From NCBI GenBank assembly GCA_964036045.1, contig OZ038378.1, positions 177,940,001-178,004,000 of the forward strand: a stretch of DNA of 64,000 nucleotides, given 5' to 3'. This document shows positions 23,413 through 35,393 of this stretch, piece by piece. The first letter of the stretch is position 1. The number at the start of each line of letters is the position of its first letter. Position numbers and translations under genes: made by a program. Source of the stretch: Eutreptiella sp. 'Long Island Sound 2002' (Eukaryota > Protista > Euglenida). The notes beneath the pieces are model-generated. The model worked only from the letters and a program-made list of their open reading frames with translations, searched no databases and had not been told where the DNA came from.

Positions 23413-25665
23413 TCAGCGTGCAGCGACGTCAACGACAACAAGAACCGCACCAGCAACAATGATTCTACTATGACAACAGCATGACAACGACAACGTCGTC
23501 CACACCACCACCACCACCACCAGCACGCATAATAGCACTCTGGCAGCGGCAACGAAGGGTCTCATTGTGCCGTCACTTGGGCTGATTGTGCTCATGGGGC
23601 TGGCCGGGTGGGTTGGACTGACTGAGCTCGTTGGACTGATTCGGTTCGTTGGGCTGATTGGGCTGATTGGGTTCATCAGCGGCGGGGCACTACGAAAAGC
23701 CAATTCTGCTCCGGCCGTCCATCACAAGCAGCCACCTTCACAGGGGGCGTTTCCCCATTCCCCTCCTCTTCACCGACACTGAGGCACAGCATCGCCTTCT
23801 TATTCACGAGGTGCTGCTTGGGGTCATATTCGAATTGCCAGAGCTCGGCGTCTTCGGAACCGGCACAGGTGCTTCGGATGCCGAGAGCTCCCTTTGTTGT
23901 GGTGGTGTACAGGCACCCATGGCTGCTGCCACTGCGGAGCACGTACCACTCAGGGACGGAGGAGTTTACAAAATACCTACAGAAATGCCAAGCCAATGTG
24001 AAGTCAAAAGCAACTCTCCAGCAGGACATCCTCACAAGTCTGTGGTGGGAGTGATGCTAACTCTACAGCAGCTCGGCAAGGCAGCATTTACACATTGGGA
24101 CCTCTATATCTACCGAGGCATTTTCGCACGCCAATTATTATGTTGTTTATCCCGGGAACACCCCTGAAAACCACCCACCTACAGAAGCACAAGCACACCC
24201 GGTGGACAAGCAAAAAGCAATTGTGGAAAAATTGCAGAAAATTGCGGCAAATGACAAAATTGCGAAAATTTTGCGAAAAACTGCGGGCCTCAACCCCCCT
24301 CCCCCCCCGTCTACAGCTGCTCGGTCTGCCCAAATGGCCAAATGCACTTGCACTGTGCGCACCCTTCGCCCAAGGAGGCCCCTGGCTTGCAATTGATGAT
24401 TGATGACTTCCGCCCCCCAGACAGGAGTCACTCTTGGGGGGGGGGGGGGGGGCATTGGAGCACAACCTTCCAAAACGGAGAGCAATGGTCGGTATGACTG
24501 AGTGAAGGTTCACACCATTCACAGCAAAGACTGGGGGGAGGGGATCACGTGATTGGCCATAAAGCGATGATCGTCGTCACCCTTGGGAATCACTCCTGGA
24601 ACTATCACAGTGCACTGTCATGAATTCATGTAATTGGACCAGGCCCCCAGGGCCCCACCTGGTCCACTGTGGTGCCTTTTCTGGAAATCTAAGACCCACC
24701 CAGAGGCACAAGGACTGCATTTCCACTGCCGGATTGGGTCAGCACGTTCGTCAGGCCTTGGCTTTGACATACCACCACTGTTCCGTGCTGTTCTTGCAGG
24801 TCTGGAGGATTGGGTGCATGTTTGCTACCGGCGCAGCAAAGCTGCGGACGCTTTGCGGTGTGGCAGGTGTTGCAGGTGTTGTGGGCATGTAAGGGTCATC
24901 CACCCATCCAGGTGTCCAGGGTGTAGCTGGCGTTGCTGGGGTCTCAGGCCAGTGCCATGCAGGAGGTCCGGCTGGTGTGGCTGGTACGGCTGGCGTGTAA
25001 GGATTACCATAGGGGTTGTTTGGTGTGGCAGCTGGAGCTGGAGCTGAAGCTGGAGCTGGAGCTGGTATGGCAGCTGCAGCAGGGAATGCTGGTACAGCAG
25101 GGATGTATGGGTTGCGTGATGCGGCGGGCGTGGCAGGCGTGGCAGGTGTCGCAGGTGTCGCAGGTGGAACGTATGGGTTTTCTGGCATTGGGCGTAGGGC
25201 CGGGGTGGCAGGCTGAGGCGCTCGTCCAGCTGGTGGAGCAGGTGGTTGGGTTGGTGTGGCAGGTGGGACGTATGGTTGTTCTGGCATTGGTCGTAGGGCA
25301 GGGGTGCCAGGCTGTGGAGCTCGTCCAGCTGGTGGAGCAGGTGGAGGAGCTCGTCCTACCGGTGTAGCAGGTGGAGGAGCTCGTCCTACCGGTGGAGCAG
25401 GTGGAGTACCTCGTCCTGCTGGTGTAGCAGGTGGAGGAGAGGGGCGTGGATTCGCAGGGGCAGCAGGTGCGGTTGGAGCAGTGGTGGTCAGGATGGTGGC
25501 AGCCACGCATTGGTTGCGGGCAAAGTTGTGGAGCTGCCTGAATTGTCGAATTGGAGGGGTCCAACAATAGATCAATGCGGCACATGAGAGGAACAGCACA
25601 AAATGCAGATGCAACATTATGAAGGCTGAAGAGAGTAGCCAGAGCTGTAGACATCCATGGACCAT
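23413..25665 (-). pseudogene. Disrupted membrane lectin gene: hydrophobic N-terminus, Pro/Ala/Thr repeat stalk, ricin-B (QxW) repeats, Ser/Pro/Thr linker, C-terminal TM helix
   Basis: ORF 24751-25665 ends ILQTCKNSTEQWWY. ORF 23676-24035 has GCL..C...ELWQF..LVNKKAMLCLSV..VKVAACDGRPEQNWLF. One extra T joins it to ORF 23413-23703 (PISPISP..VLLCVLVVVVVVW). A repeat insertion lies at about 24100-24450. Confidence 0.6.
24100..24450. repeat. Dispersed repeat with AAAAT(T)GCG motif cluster (related motifs at about 5100-5160 and 6100-6135)
   Basis: Recurrent aaaattgcg/aaaatgcg runs next to poly-C/G tracts. Confidence 0.5.
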
Positions 25666-27552
25666 GGGGTTTTCAGCGAAAATTGGTGGGGAAATGGGTG
25701 AGATGGTGGGAGAGGGTGGGAAACTGGTAGAAAATGTGGAACAATGGTGGGCAAGGAACCTTTTCCAACAAGTAGGGTGGAGAGCAATCAGTGTATGGAC
25801 GGGTTTTGAGGGTTTTGGGGAGCGTTGGGGACTGTTGGGAGTTGTGGGGGTTATCCACAGCTGTTCACTGAGTCTGAATACAAGTGTGCACTGAGCAAAT
25901 CCTGTGGAATTTGTAGGGGATTGGCCAAGTTGTGTCTAGGGCCCCTCTTTGTTTCAACTGTCTCTTGGGTTGCTCTCGTCGAATCAATCAGATCAGTAGT
26001 GGCGTGTCCTGCTCCCGTTGTTCTCAACTGTGCATGATGGGGTTTCAGCTGTGGTTGGGAGTCTGTGGGGGGGGGGGGGGGGGGGGGCGGGCACACACAT
26101 GCTCACTCCTTTGTTGGTTGCCTTTAGGGCTGTGTATGCCCGGTGCTCTGGGCCGTCTGGGGAGGCTCGGGAACCTTACGCTGAGCCCACTGTGGAGGAG
26201 TGGGCCAGGGCTCGTAACCTCCTGGTCACAGTGACATGCTGTCAAGCCATCCCACTGCGGCAGGGCACGGGGGCACCTGCGGCACCTGGCGCGACTGGGG
26301 AGGACCCACACTGCTTGACTCCCATTAGGCACAGCTGGTGCTGCCACACAGGATGATTCCCAGCATCCCACAGCCTAGGGACGCGCCTAGGGCAGTGGTC
26401 CCAGGTCGCGCCGAGCGCTTCCCTGCCCTGGGGACTTATCGTGGAAAGCTCCTGCGTTGCGGTGCTACAGCCCCGTTAGCCAAAGGGACCATGAGGGCAC
26501 AACACCCAGCTGACCCCTCCTATGAAGAGTGAGGGGGTGAGGGGGTGGGGGGGGATGATGACGGCGGGTGGGGGGGTGGGGGGGGGGGGCTCACCCAACA
26601 GTTCCGAAAATTTGATTGGCGCCAAAGGCATGGAAGAAAATCTGATTGCCTTTGGCAAGGCACCTTGGAGGGGCCCCTTTCCCCATCCCACAAGCCACAG
26701 GTTTCGAATGATCAGCCACAGTGCAAAAGAAAAATACTTTCTGTTTTCAGAAATTCTTCTGCATTCGGCAAGTCCGCCTGATAGAGAACTGCTGGTAGTG
26801 ACATACCACAACATGGGCCCACTATTTTGCCTCAATCTATACTAATGGGCTGATATAGCCTGTAAACAGCCTTTAAAGGGCACATGCACACCAACAGATG
26901 GGCCGAATTGGTGCTACAGGGCTCTCCATGGGTTTGCATGTGCTCCCAATTTGACCAAACGATGACCTGTGGCTGGCCCAAGGCTGCCCAGAGTTTGTCA
27001 GGGTCGAACGAAAACCGCAATATTTCAGCCAACCTATGTCAGCCTAACAATAGGCAAGTGCTCATGGGTGCCCCTGTAAAGGGGGGCCTACCAGGGGTAT
27101 CTAGGACCCAGGGCCCGTGGTTTGTTCACAGTCTCTTAGTGTGGACTGATGCTTAGTGGCTGCACTGGGCCAACCAAGTTTCATCTACCCCCTGCGTCCG
27201 AAAAAATGGGATCTGAGTGCAGCAATCTGGGGGGTCCCCAACAAAAGACTAAGTGTTGAATAGTTTTGGTGAACAAAAGAAGGATTTTGTAGCGGTAACG
27301 GGCAATGTTTGCCCGGCGTGCAACTTTTTGGCAAGTGTCAAAGACTTCTGTCTCCATGTTACCCTTGTAGACAAATCAACCCCAACATCATCGTTGCGAA
27401 GCACACCGCACACCACCAATATCTCAATTCCAACGCACAGACCCTGTGATATCCAATGCCCCGCCTGGCTACGTTGTTGCACTGGGTGCGCAGTTCATGG
27501 GCAATCCCGGGGGGGGCGACCCCTCGGTTCTGGACGCCAACTACCCCCCCAA

Positions 27553-27770
27553 CTAACAGTTGGCCGGAGGCCCCTTGGGGGGGGGGGGGGGGGGCATGGG
27601 AGGGGGGTCAAGGAGGGGCGAATGGGGGGGGGGGGGGTCGTCTAGAAGGGGCTTGGGGGGGGGGGCTCCGGGAGGGTTGGTTGGGGGTCCAGGTGGGGTG
27701 AATTGGGGTGGGGGGGGGGGATCCAGGTGGGGCGATTTGGGGTGGTGTTGGGGGGGGGGGGGGGGGGGCA
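27553..27770 (+). repeat. Very G-rich low-complexity tract (G-quadruplex potential)
   Basis: Multiple runs of 4-20 G. Confidence 0.8.
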
Positions 27771-28449
27771 CAGGCTCCCCTTACCTCCTGTTGCCCTCCC
27801 TCTAACCATACCATCACCATAAACCTAACCCTAACCTTTGCATCCAGCTAGTATGGCCATGCCAGCTAGGGTTAGGGTTAGGTGTAGGGATAGGAGTAGG
27901 CTGAGGGTTGGGGGTGGGCGTTAGAGTCAATGTTGGGTTTAAGGATAGTGTTAGGGTGCAAATTGGATAAAATTTGCCTCAGGGCACCTTTGGTGTTCAT
28001 GGAGCATCGGGTGCCTTGGGCGCCCATGGACGCCTGAGGGCAACACCTTTGGCAACTAACTGGTGGCCGAAGGCCCCTAGGGGGGGGGGGGGGGGGGGGG
28101 CAGGGGTAGTTGGCGTCCTAGGACCCGCGGAGTTGCCCCCCCCCGGGTGGGCAATGCTTGCATGTTTGGTAAAAACCACGAGGTAAGAAACCCTCGAACT
28201 AAGGCTGCACGCTTGCATGATTCCTTAATGGATATTTGGCCGTACATACTAGAGGATGATATCAATCGCCACCTAAGCATTGTATTCAACCCACCAATCA
28301 GCCTTGCCATGCATGCATGAGTGTTGTGTCATGAATGGACAAGTGGTCATGTAATTGCCCATTATCATAATCCAATCTCCACCTCCAAAGGACAAGAATG
28401 GTTGAAAGAGGGTGCAAAGGGGGTTTCTGCACAGCACGCGCACAGCGCG

Positions 28450-29150
28450 GGCACAGCGTGCACACGGCGCCAAATAGTAATTCAACTTTCCCGTGACCAC
28501 CCTGAAATCCACCCACCTCCGGGGAAGCACATGTGCACATTGCAAAAACAGCAAAAACCCTCATGGGACCAAAGCCAAATGTCACGCACAACCCTCCAAG
28601 ATCAAAGGCGGGCAAACAAACGTTCCACCTGTGCTTTACTATACCCATGAATATCATCATACGTCTTGCTTGCGTTGGCGGTGTGAAGGTCCGTCGGCTT
28701 TTACCTTTGACGAGCTTTTCTAAAAGCCCCAAATCATCAAACTACAAGGCTGCCGCATTCTTCCGTTGATCAGACACATGTTTATACCGATGCCCATCAG
28801 CCAGCCATTACTCCACCATTCACTTCCGCAAAATCACCGACAAACCATCTCAGTAACCACCCTTTTTACTGCAAGGCCTCACCCACAGGTTCAGGTGCCA
28901 AATTTCAGGTCCCCGCCGGTTTCTGCAGTCAGTTTTTGTTTTACCCGGGTATGCACTGAGGGCTGCGCACACAGCAAGCACCAACTCTCGTGGCACCCAG
29001 AATTGGGCCCTGACCAGAGCTCTGAGCCCTGCTGTTGTTGTATGTTCGCCATGCCAGTGCAAGATGGGAGTCACTTTTGGAATTGGCGTTGATTAGAACT
29101 CTGTTGAGCCCCAGTTCGCGAGCCGTTGGTTCGGCGTTTGTTCACAACTT
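28450..29150 (-). pseudogene. Degenerate PIF/Harbinger-like DDE transposase fragment (right, longer copy)
   Basis: YDDIHGYSKAQVERLFARL*SW parallels YNDVHGWYRARIEQLFARLW of the 46242-46553 copy; upstream WLADGHRYK. Confidence 0.55.
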
Positions 29151-31155
29151 TAACCTTCCGAAAAGTCCAGCAGCTTTGGCTCCAGTGCCTGAGAGTTGAC
29201 AGTGTGCGATGCAGCACGGGATGGAAAAGATTATTTTCCCACTATGATTTGGGGACCCCCGAGAAGGCAAGGGTTGCATAGAGAAGGCAGGTCAATGTTG
29301 TCGCTTTGATTTCCCCTCAATTGGGGAACCCCAAGACTGCACGAGTCATGCAGCCATTTGATTCTTTCCCAATTTAGGGACCCCCAAGACAGCATGGGTT
29401 GTGTAGCCACCATGATTCCTATGGACGACAACTGTGCATTCTTGTGAGTGCGACGCAATGCGGGCGGAGCACCCAATTGCCATGAGCATTTATCTTTTCA
29501 AGGGCACCCGTGCTTTTGCTTTTCGGGGATCTGTTACAGGTTTACGTTGCCTACTCCTCCCTCCTATCCCATTCTTCGCCGTGCTCAGGTAGGTAAGAGC
29601 TACAAAGCGCGGGTATCAAAAGGTTGGCGTAAGCAGGAGGACACCAGGCGGCGCCTTGAACAATATGTAGTGGCACTGCAGTGGCGTGCAGGAGCATGGC
29701 TTCCCTGCGCTTGGCAATGTAGCACAGAGATTGCTGAGGGTGTGATGCCTGGGGTGAAGGTCACCGTCAAGCTACAGTCTTGCAGACTTGTAGGGACTGT
29801 GTTAGTTTGGCACTGAAGTCATTTCAGTACCAAATGTAGAAGCATGATCCTCATGGTGGCTCAGAAAGATTGTATCAGCAGTTGGTGGGCAGGAGGCACT
29901 TGGGGAATGCGTAGTTTACCACTAGTTGCCTGTTGACACCCCAGCGCCCCCTGTGGGGGATCAGCAGTTGCAGGCAAACCACACGGATTGAGCACGGATT
30001 TGGTTGCATTGTCTGAAATCCATCTTTGACATGATACATGGGACTTGGACCCTTGACGTTGGGTTGCCTCATAATGCAACACGTGACTTGCTATGAAGCT
30101 CCCAGGGAATTGGGGCTTGATTACTTTGAGGTAAATTGTAAAAGGGTGGTGTGTGACAGCCGATGGTAGTGAGTTGCGTCACGGTGCACTTTGGTGCATC
30201 TTCTGTTTGGCAACTACCCATCCGATGGTAAAGCACTATGTTCAGATATCGAATGTATTGGGTTTGATTCTTGGTAATGCTATAATAATGACCTGCTTGC
30301 CAAATTATCTGCGCTGATTCCTGCTTCCGAAAACTCTCTCGAGCACCGTCTACTAAGAGGGCTTTGCTAGCTTGCCAAGATCTGGAAACAAAAAGAAAAG
30401 ACCTGTTTGCAAATGAATGTGCATAGAGCGTGTGAAGGCTAACCCACAGCAAAAATGCTTGAAACTGGCTCGGGGAAATTGGGGCTTGATTACCTGAAGA
30501 GCCGTTGCAGAAGGTGGATGGTAGTGAGTCGGACCGCTGGTGCACTTCGAACCAATCTTCTATTTGGTCACTACCCATCCGATGGCAAAGCACTATCTCC
30601 AGTCCGCAAAAGTACCAGGTTCGATTGCTAGTATTGCCATAAAGCCTGCTTGCGAATGAATGTGAAAAGAGCATTGGAAGGCTAACCCACACGTTGTGCC
30701 CTGTGTTGCAGAGATCCACTGTATCACATGTTGGAGTTACCCAATCTTCGAAGAACTATCTTGAGTACTCAGTGAACTCCTTGAGTCAGTCCCCTGCTCG
30801 AATGAAGGCTAACCCACAGCAGCCTCAAGATGAACCCTTCAAAAACACAGGTGTACTGTTGGGCCCCGCCCTCCCGCTGTCAGGGTGTGGCGCGAAGAGA
30901 GTCATCACTTGGGATGCCATCACTTGGGGCGATGCGTGATTGCCGCTGCAGCCCCCTATCTTCCACTACCTCGGTCACCTTCTGGCACATCTGACTTTGG
31001 AACAAAAGTTACGTGATAACTTCATGGGGATGGCTGCATCGGATCTGGCGCAATACCAATACCTGCCACTGAACGCTTTCGAGCGGGTGCAGCTGCTAAA
31101 CACCGTCTTGATCCCACGGTGGACTACCGCACCTTGTTTCTCCCCAACGACTCCA
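28666..31155 (-). repeat. Right arm of the large inverted duplication (partner 10622-13683), lacking the MITE
   Basis: Reverse-complement identity to the left arm with scattered substitutions and small indels. Confidence 0.95.
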
Positions 31156-31549
31156 AGAAAATTGAAAAATTGAAAGAAATGCAACCTCTGCAATACATGC
31201 GCAATATGTACAGTTGCCGGGTCCGTATGGCACCCCATAGAGACCTTAACGATGGGACGCCGGGTCCACAAAACACATAGTACTCAGCGTGGCCACCAAT
31301 TAGTTGGGACTCGGCCAATATAACATAGTGTCACATGGAGTCATTGGCACTAGACACAAAATCAGGCCCAAGAAAAGAGTCCTGACAGGGCCATGGCAGG
31401 ATTGTGTATAAAGTCTGATGTCTGATGTGGCATGTTGTTGCTGCGGTGTATACAACAAGATGTGTGATATGTCTGATATCGATCTGATGCTTGGAGGAAG
31501 GGGGGAGGGGGGGGTTGGCGTCCAAATGGGTGTGCAAAAAGTTGATACC

Positions 31550-33110
31550 CCCACCCCATAAGTCCCCATAGGCCCCGATAGGGCCCCATAGGTCTCCATA
31601 GGTGCCAATAGGTCCCGAAAGGTCCCCATAGGCCCCCATAGGCCCCCATAGGTGCCCATAGGCCCCCGGAGGTCCCCATGGTTCCCCATAGGTGGCCAAA
31701 TGTCCCGGTACATGCCAATGAGTCCCCGGAGGCCCCCATCGGTCCCCATAGGTGCCCATAGGTGGCAATAGGTCCCCATAGGTCCCCATAGGCCCCCATA
31801 GGTCCCCACAAGCCCCCATAGGTCCCCATAGGCCGCCATAGGTCCCCATAGGTCCCCATAGGCCCCCATAAGTCCCCATAGGCCCCCACAGGTCCCCATA
31901 GGCCCCCAGAGGCCCCCATAGGCCCCGATAGGTCCCCATAGGTCCCCACAGGCCCCTAAAGGTCCCGATAGGTCCCCATAGGCCCCCATAGGCCCCCATA
32001 GGTCCCCATAGGTCCCCATAGGCCCCCATAGGTCCCCATAGGCCCCCATAGGTCCCCATAGGCCCCCATAGGTCCCCATTGGCCCCCATAGGTCCCCATA
32101 GGTCCCCACAGGCAGCCATCGGATCCGATAGGTCCCCATAGGTCCCCATAGGCCCCCATGGGTCCCCATAGGCCCCCATAGGTCCCCACAGGCCCCCATC
32201 ACCCCCGATAGGTCCCCATAGGCCCCCATAGGTCCCCATAGGTCTCCATAGGCCCCCATAGGTCCCCATAGGCCCCCATAGGTCCCCATAGTTCCCCATA
32301 GGTCCCCATAGGCCCCCGTAGGTCCCCATAGGCCCCCATAGGCCCCCATAGGTCCCCATAGGTCCCCATAGGCCCCCATTGGCCCCGATAGGTCCCCATA
32401 GGCCCCCATAGCTCCCCATACGTCCCCATAGGCCCCCATAGGTCCCCATAGGCCCCCATAAGTTCCTAGAGGTCCCCATTGGCCCCCATAGGCCCCCATT
32501 GGCCCCGATAGGTCCCCATAGGCCCCCATAGGTCCCCATAGGCCCCCATAGGTCCCCATTGGCCCCCATAAGTCCCCATAGGTCCCCACAGGCAGCCATC
32601 GGACCCGATAGGTCCCCATAGGTCCCCATAGGTCTCCATAGGCCCCCATAGGTCCACTTAGGCCCCCATAGTTCCCCATAGGCCCCTGTAGGTCCCCATA
32701 GGCCCCCATAGGCCCCCATAGGTCCCCATTGGCCCCCATTGGCCCCAATAGGCCCCCATAGGCCCCCATAGGCCCCTGTAGGTCCCCATAGGCCCCCATA
32801 GGTCCCCATAGGTCCCCATAGGTCCCCATAGGCCCCCATAGGTCCCCATGGGCCCCCATGGGTCCCCATAGGCCCCCATAGGTCCCCACAGGCCCCCATC
32901 AGCCCCGATAGGCCCCCATAGGCCCCCATAGGTCCCCATAGGTCCCCATAGGCCCCCATAGGTCCCGATAGGCCCCCATAGGCCCCACAGGCCCCCCTTG
33001 GCCCCGATAGGTCCCCATAGGCGCCCATAGGCCCCCATAGGTCCCAATAGGCCCCCATAGGTCCCCATAGGCCCCCATAGGCCCCCATTGGTTCCCATAG
33101 GTCCATCCTA
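31550..33110. repeat. 10-bp minisatellite (GGYCCCCATA)n, array 1
   Basis: Directly visible ggtccccata/ggcccccata units. Confidence 0.98.
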
Positions 33111-33202
33111 TCGCCATCGCTCCATGTTTCTATTTTTTGTTACCTTTGTGTACTTGTTGATTTCTCAATCCATTGGTGACACATTGCTTTTTGTTCGCAC
33201 GC

Positions 33203-33244
33203 TCAGAACTGATGAGGGGCAGCTCTGCCCGAAACATGCATTGA
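33203..33244 (+). ncRNA. Minimal hammerhead ribozyme motif (intact CUGAUGA core; cleavage triplet GCA)
   Basis: CTGATGA-g-GGGCAG-ct-CTGCCC-GAAAC-AT-GCA; identical copy at 35486-35527. Confidence 0.65.
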
Positions 33245-34076
33245 TTTCACATCTGCTTCTCTTTGCACGTGGAGCCCTCTTGCATTACACCGGTTGACCT
33301 TAAGGAGATCTTCGGTCACACCAACGGCAAATTACACAGCGTTCAAAATTTCATTTTGCCGTTTTGCAGTGACACGCCGATTCATGTGCGGCGGGGCTGG
33401 ATTTTCGGCGAATGCGTCCGATATTTAAGGCTCAATTCACATGCGGCGTTCTATTCTCTTTGCCTTCGCCGCCTTCGACTCGCTTTGGTCCGCTTAGGCT
33501 ACCCCTCTTCCTGGTTCTCCCCCTTTCCGGTCACGTGGTTTTCTCGACATTCGTACATGCACCGGAAGATGCGACTGCCGAGGGAAGTGGTACACGTTTT
33601 TCGGGTACGATACCATGGGGCCGTACGGATGAATTGGGGAAACCCGGTTAAATGTCTATTGTATAGTCTACGCCGCCTCATGCCGTCGCTCCGCTTGCTT
33701 TGCATCATGCAACCGTCTATGAATTTGCGCAGGCGCTTTCATGGCGCCAAGATTCATTCCCTTCTCGCTCTTGAGCGCCGTATATTACATCATGTGGACA
33801 CACTTGAGATGCCTACACAAGAACTACTCCTCAATTTGCACTAATGCTTTCTGACCTCCTGATGGGTGTGGATGGTGGGACCAAAATTTTCGAAAATTTC
33901 AGAATGTATTTGTTTCGATATATTTTGGATGAGGAGTCACACACGAGGACGGACGCGCGCCCACAGCGCGCTCCACATCGCCAGTCGCCATCGCTCCATG
34001 TTTCTATTTTTTGTTACCTTTGTGTACTTGTTGATTTCTCAATACATTGGTGACACATTGCTTTTTGTTCGCACGT

Positions 34077-34118
34077 TCAGAACTAATGAGGGGCAGCTCT
34101 GCCCGAAACATGTATTGA
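34077..34118 (+). ncRNA. Minimal hammerhead ribozyme motif (core CUAAUGA; intact palindromic ACAUGU and GUA triplet)
   Basis: CTAATGA-g-GGGCAG-ct-CTGCCC-GAAAC-AT-GTA; identical copy at 36360-36401. Confidence 0.65.
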
Positions 34119-34235
34119 TTTCACATCTTCTTCTCTTTGCACGTGGAGCCCTCTTGCATTACACCGGTTGACCTAGAGGAGACCTTGGGTCACACCAACG
34201 GCAAATTACACAGCGTTCAAAATTTCATTTTGCCG

Positions 34236-35393
34236 ATAGGTCCCCATAGGCCCCCATAGGCCCCCATAGGTCCTGATAGGCCCCCATAGGCCCCCATAGG
34301 CCCCCGTAGGCCCCCATAGGCCCCCATAGGTCCCCATAGGCCCCCATAGATCCCCATAGGTCCCCACAGGCCCCCATAGGTCCCCATACGTCCCCACAGG
34401 CCCCCATCGGCCGCGATAGGTCTCCATAGGCCCCCATAGGCCCCCATAGGTCCCAATAGGCCCCCATACGTACCCATAGGCCACCATAGGTCCCCATAGG
34501 TTCCCATAGGTCCCCATAGGCCCTCATAGGCCCCATGGGCCCCGATAGGTCCCCATAGGCCCCCATAGGTCCCCATTGGCCCCCATAGGTCCCCATGGGT
34601 CCCCACAGGCCCCCATCGGCCGCGATAGGTCCCCATAGGCCCCCATAGGTCCCCACAGGCACCCATAGGTCCCGACAGGTCCCCATAGGTCCGCATACCC
34701 ATAGGTTCCCATAGGTCCCCATAGGCCCCCATAGGCCCCGATAGGTCCCCATAGGCCCCCATAAGTTCCTAGAGGTCCCCAAAGCCCCCCATAGGTCCCT
34801 ACAGGTCCCCATATGTCCCCATAGGTCCCCATAGGCCCCCATAGGTCCCCATAGATCCCCATAGGTCCCCATAGGTCCCCACGGGTACCCATAGGTCCCG
34901 ATTGGCCCCCATAGGTCCCCGTAGGTCCCCATAGGTCCCCATAGGTCCCTACTGGCCCCCATAGGTCCCCGTAGGTTCCCACAGGTCCCCGAAGGCCCCC
35001 ATAGGTCCCCATAGGCCCCCATAGGTCCCCATTGGCCCCGATAGGCCCCCATAGGCCCCCATAGGCCCCCGTAGGTCCCCATAGGCCCCCATAGGTCCCC
35101 ATAGGTCCCCATAGGTCCCCATAGGCCCCCATAGGTCCCCATGGGCCCCCATGGGTCCCCATAGGCCCCCATAGGTCCCCACAGGCCCCCATCAGCCCCG
35201 ATAGGCCCCCATAGGTCCCCATAGGTCCCCATAGGCCCCCATAGGTCCCGATAGGCCCCCATAGGCCCCACAGGCCCCCCTTGGCCCCGATAGGTCCCCA
35301 TAGGCGCCCATAGGCCCCCATAGGTCCCAATAGGCCCCCATAGGTCCCCATAGGCCCCCATAGGCCCCCATTGGTTCCCATAGGTCCATCCTA
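34236..35393. repeat. 10-bp minisatellite (GGYCCCCATA)n, array 2
   Basis: Directly visible. Confidence 0.98.

Larger units (their letters stand above)
33111..34235 (+). mobile_element. Penelope-like element fragment, copy 1: 251-bp direct repeats (33111-33361 and 33985-34235) with hammerhead motifs around an RT C-terminal ORF (33263-33844)
   Basis: ILPFCSDTPIHVRRGWIFGECVRYLRLNS...LRRLRLALVRLGYP...MNLRRRF matches the PLE RT C-terminal pattern (S.HP..K.G.I.GE..RY.R.S...RGYP). The ORF stops with no GIY-YIG domain. CT(G/A)ATGA-stem-GAAAC in each repeat. Confidence 0.85.

Noticed and set aside
13684-28665. Idea that the inverted arms are TIRs of a giant transposon carrying the channel
   Set aside because: Arm ends fall inside other TE remnants, no TSD is seen at the outer junctions and the spacer has no intact transposase.
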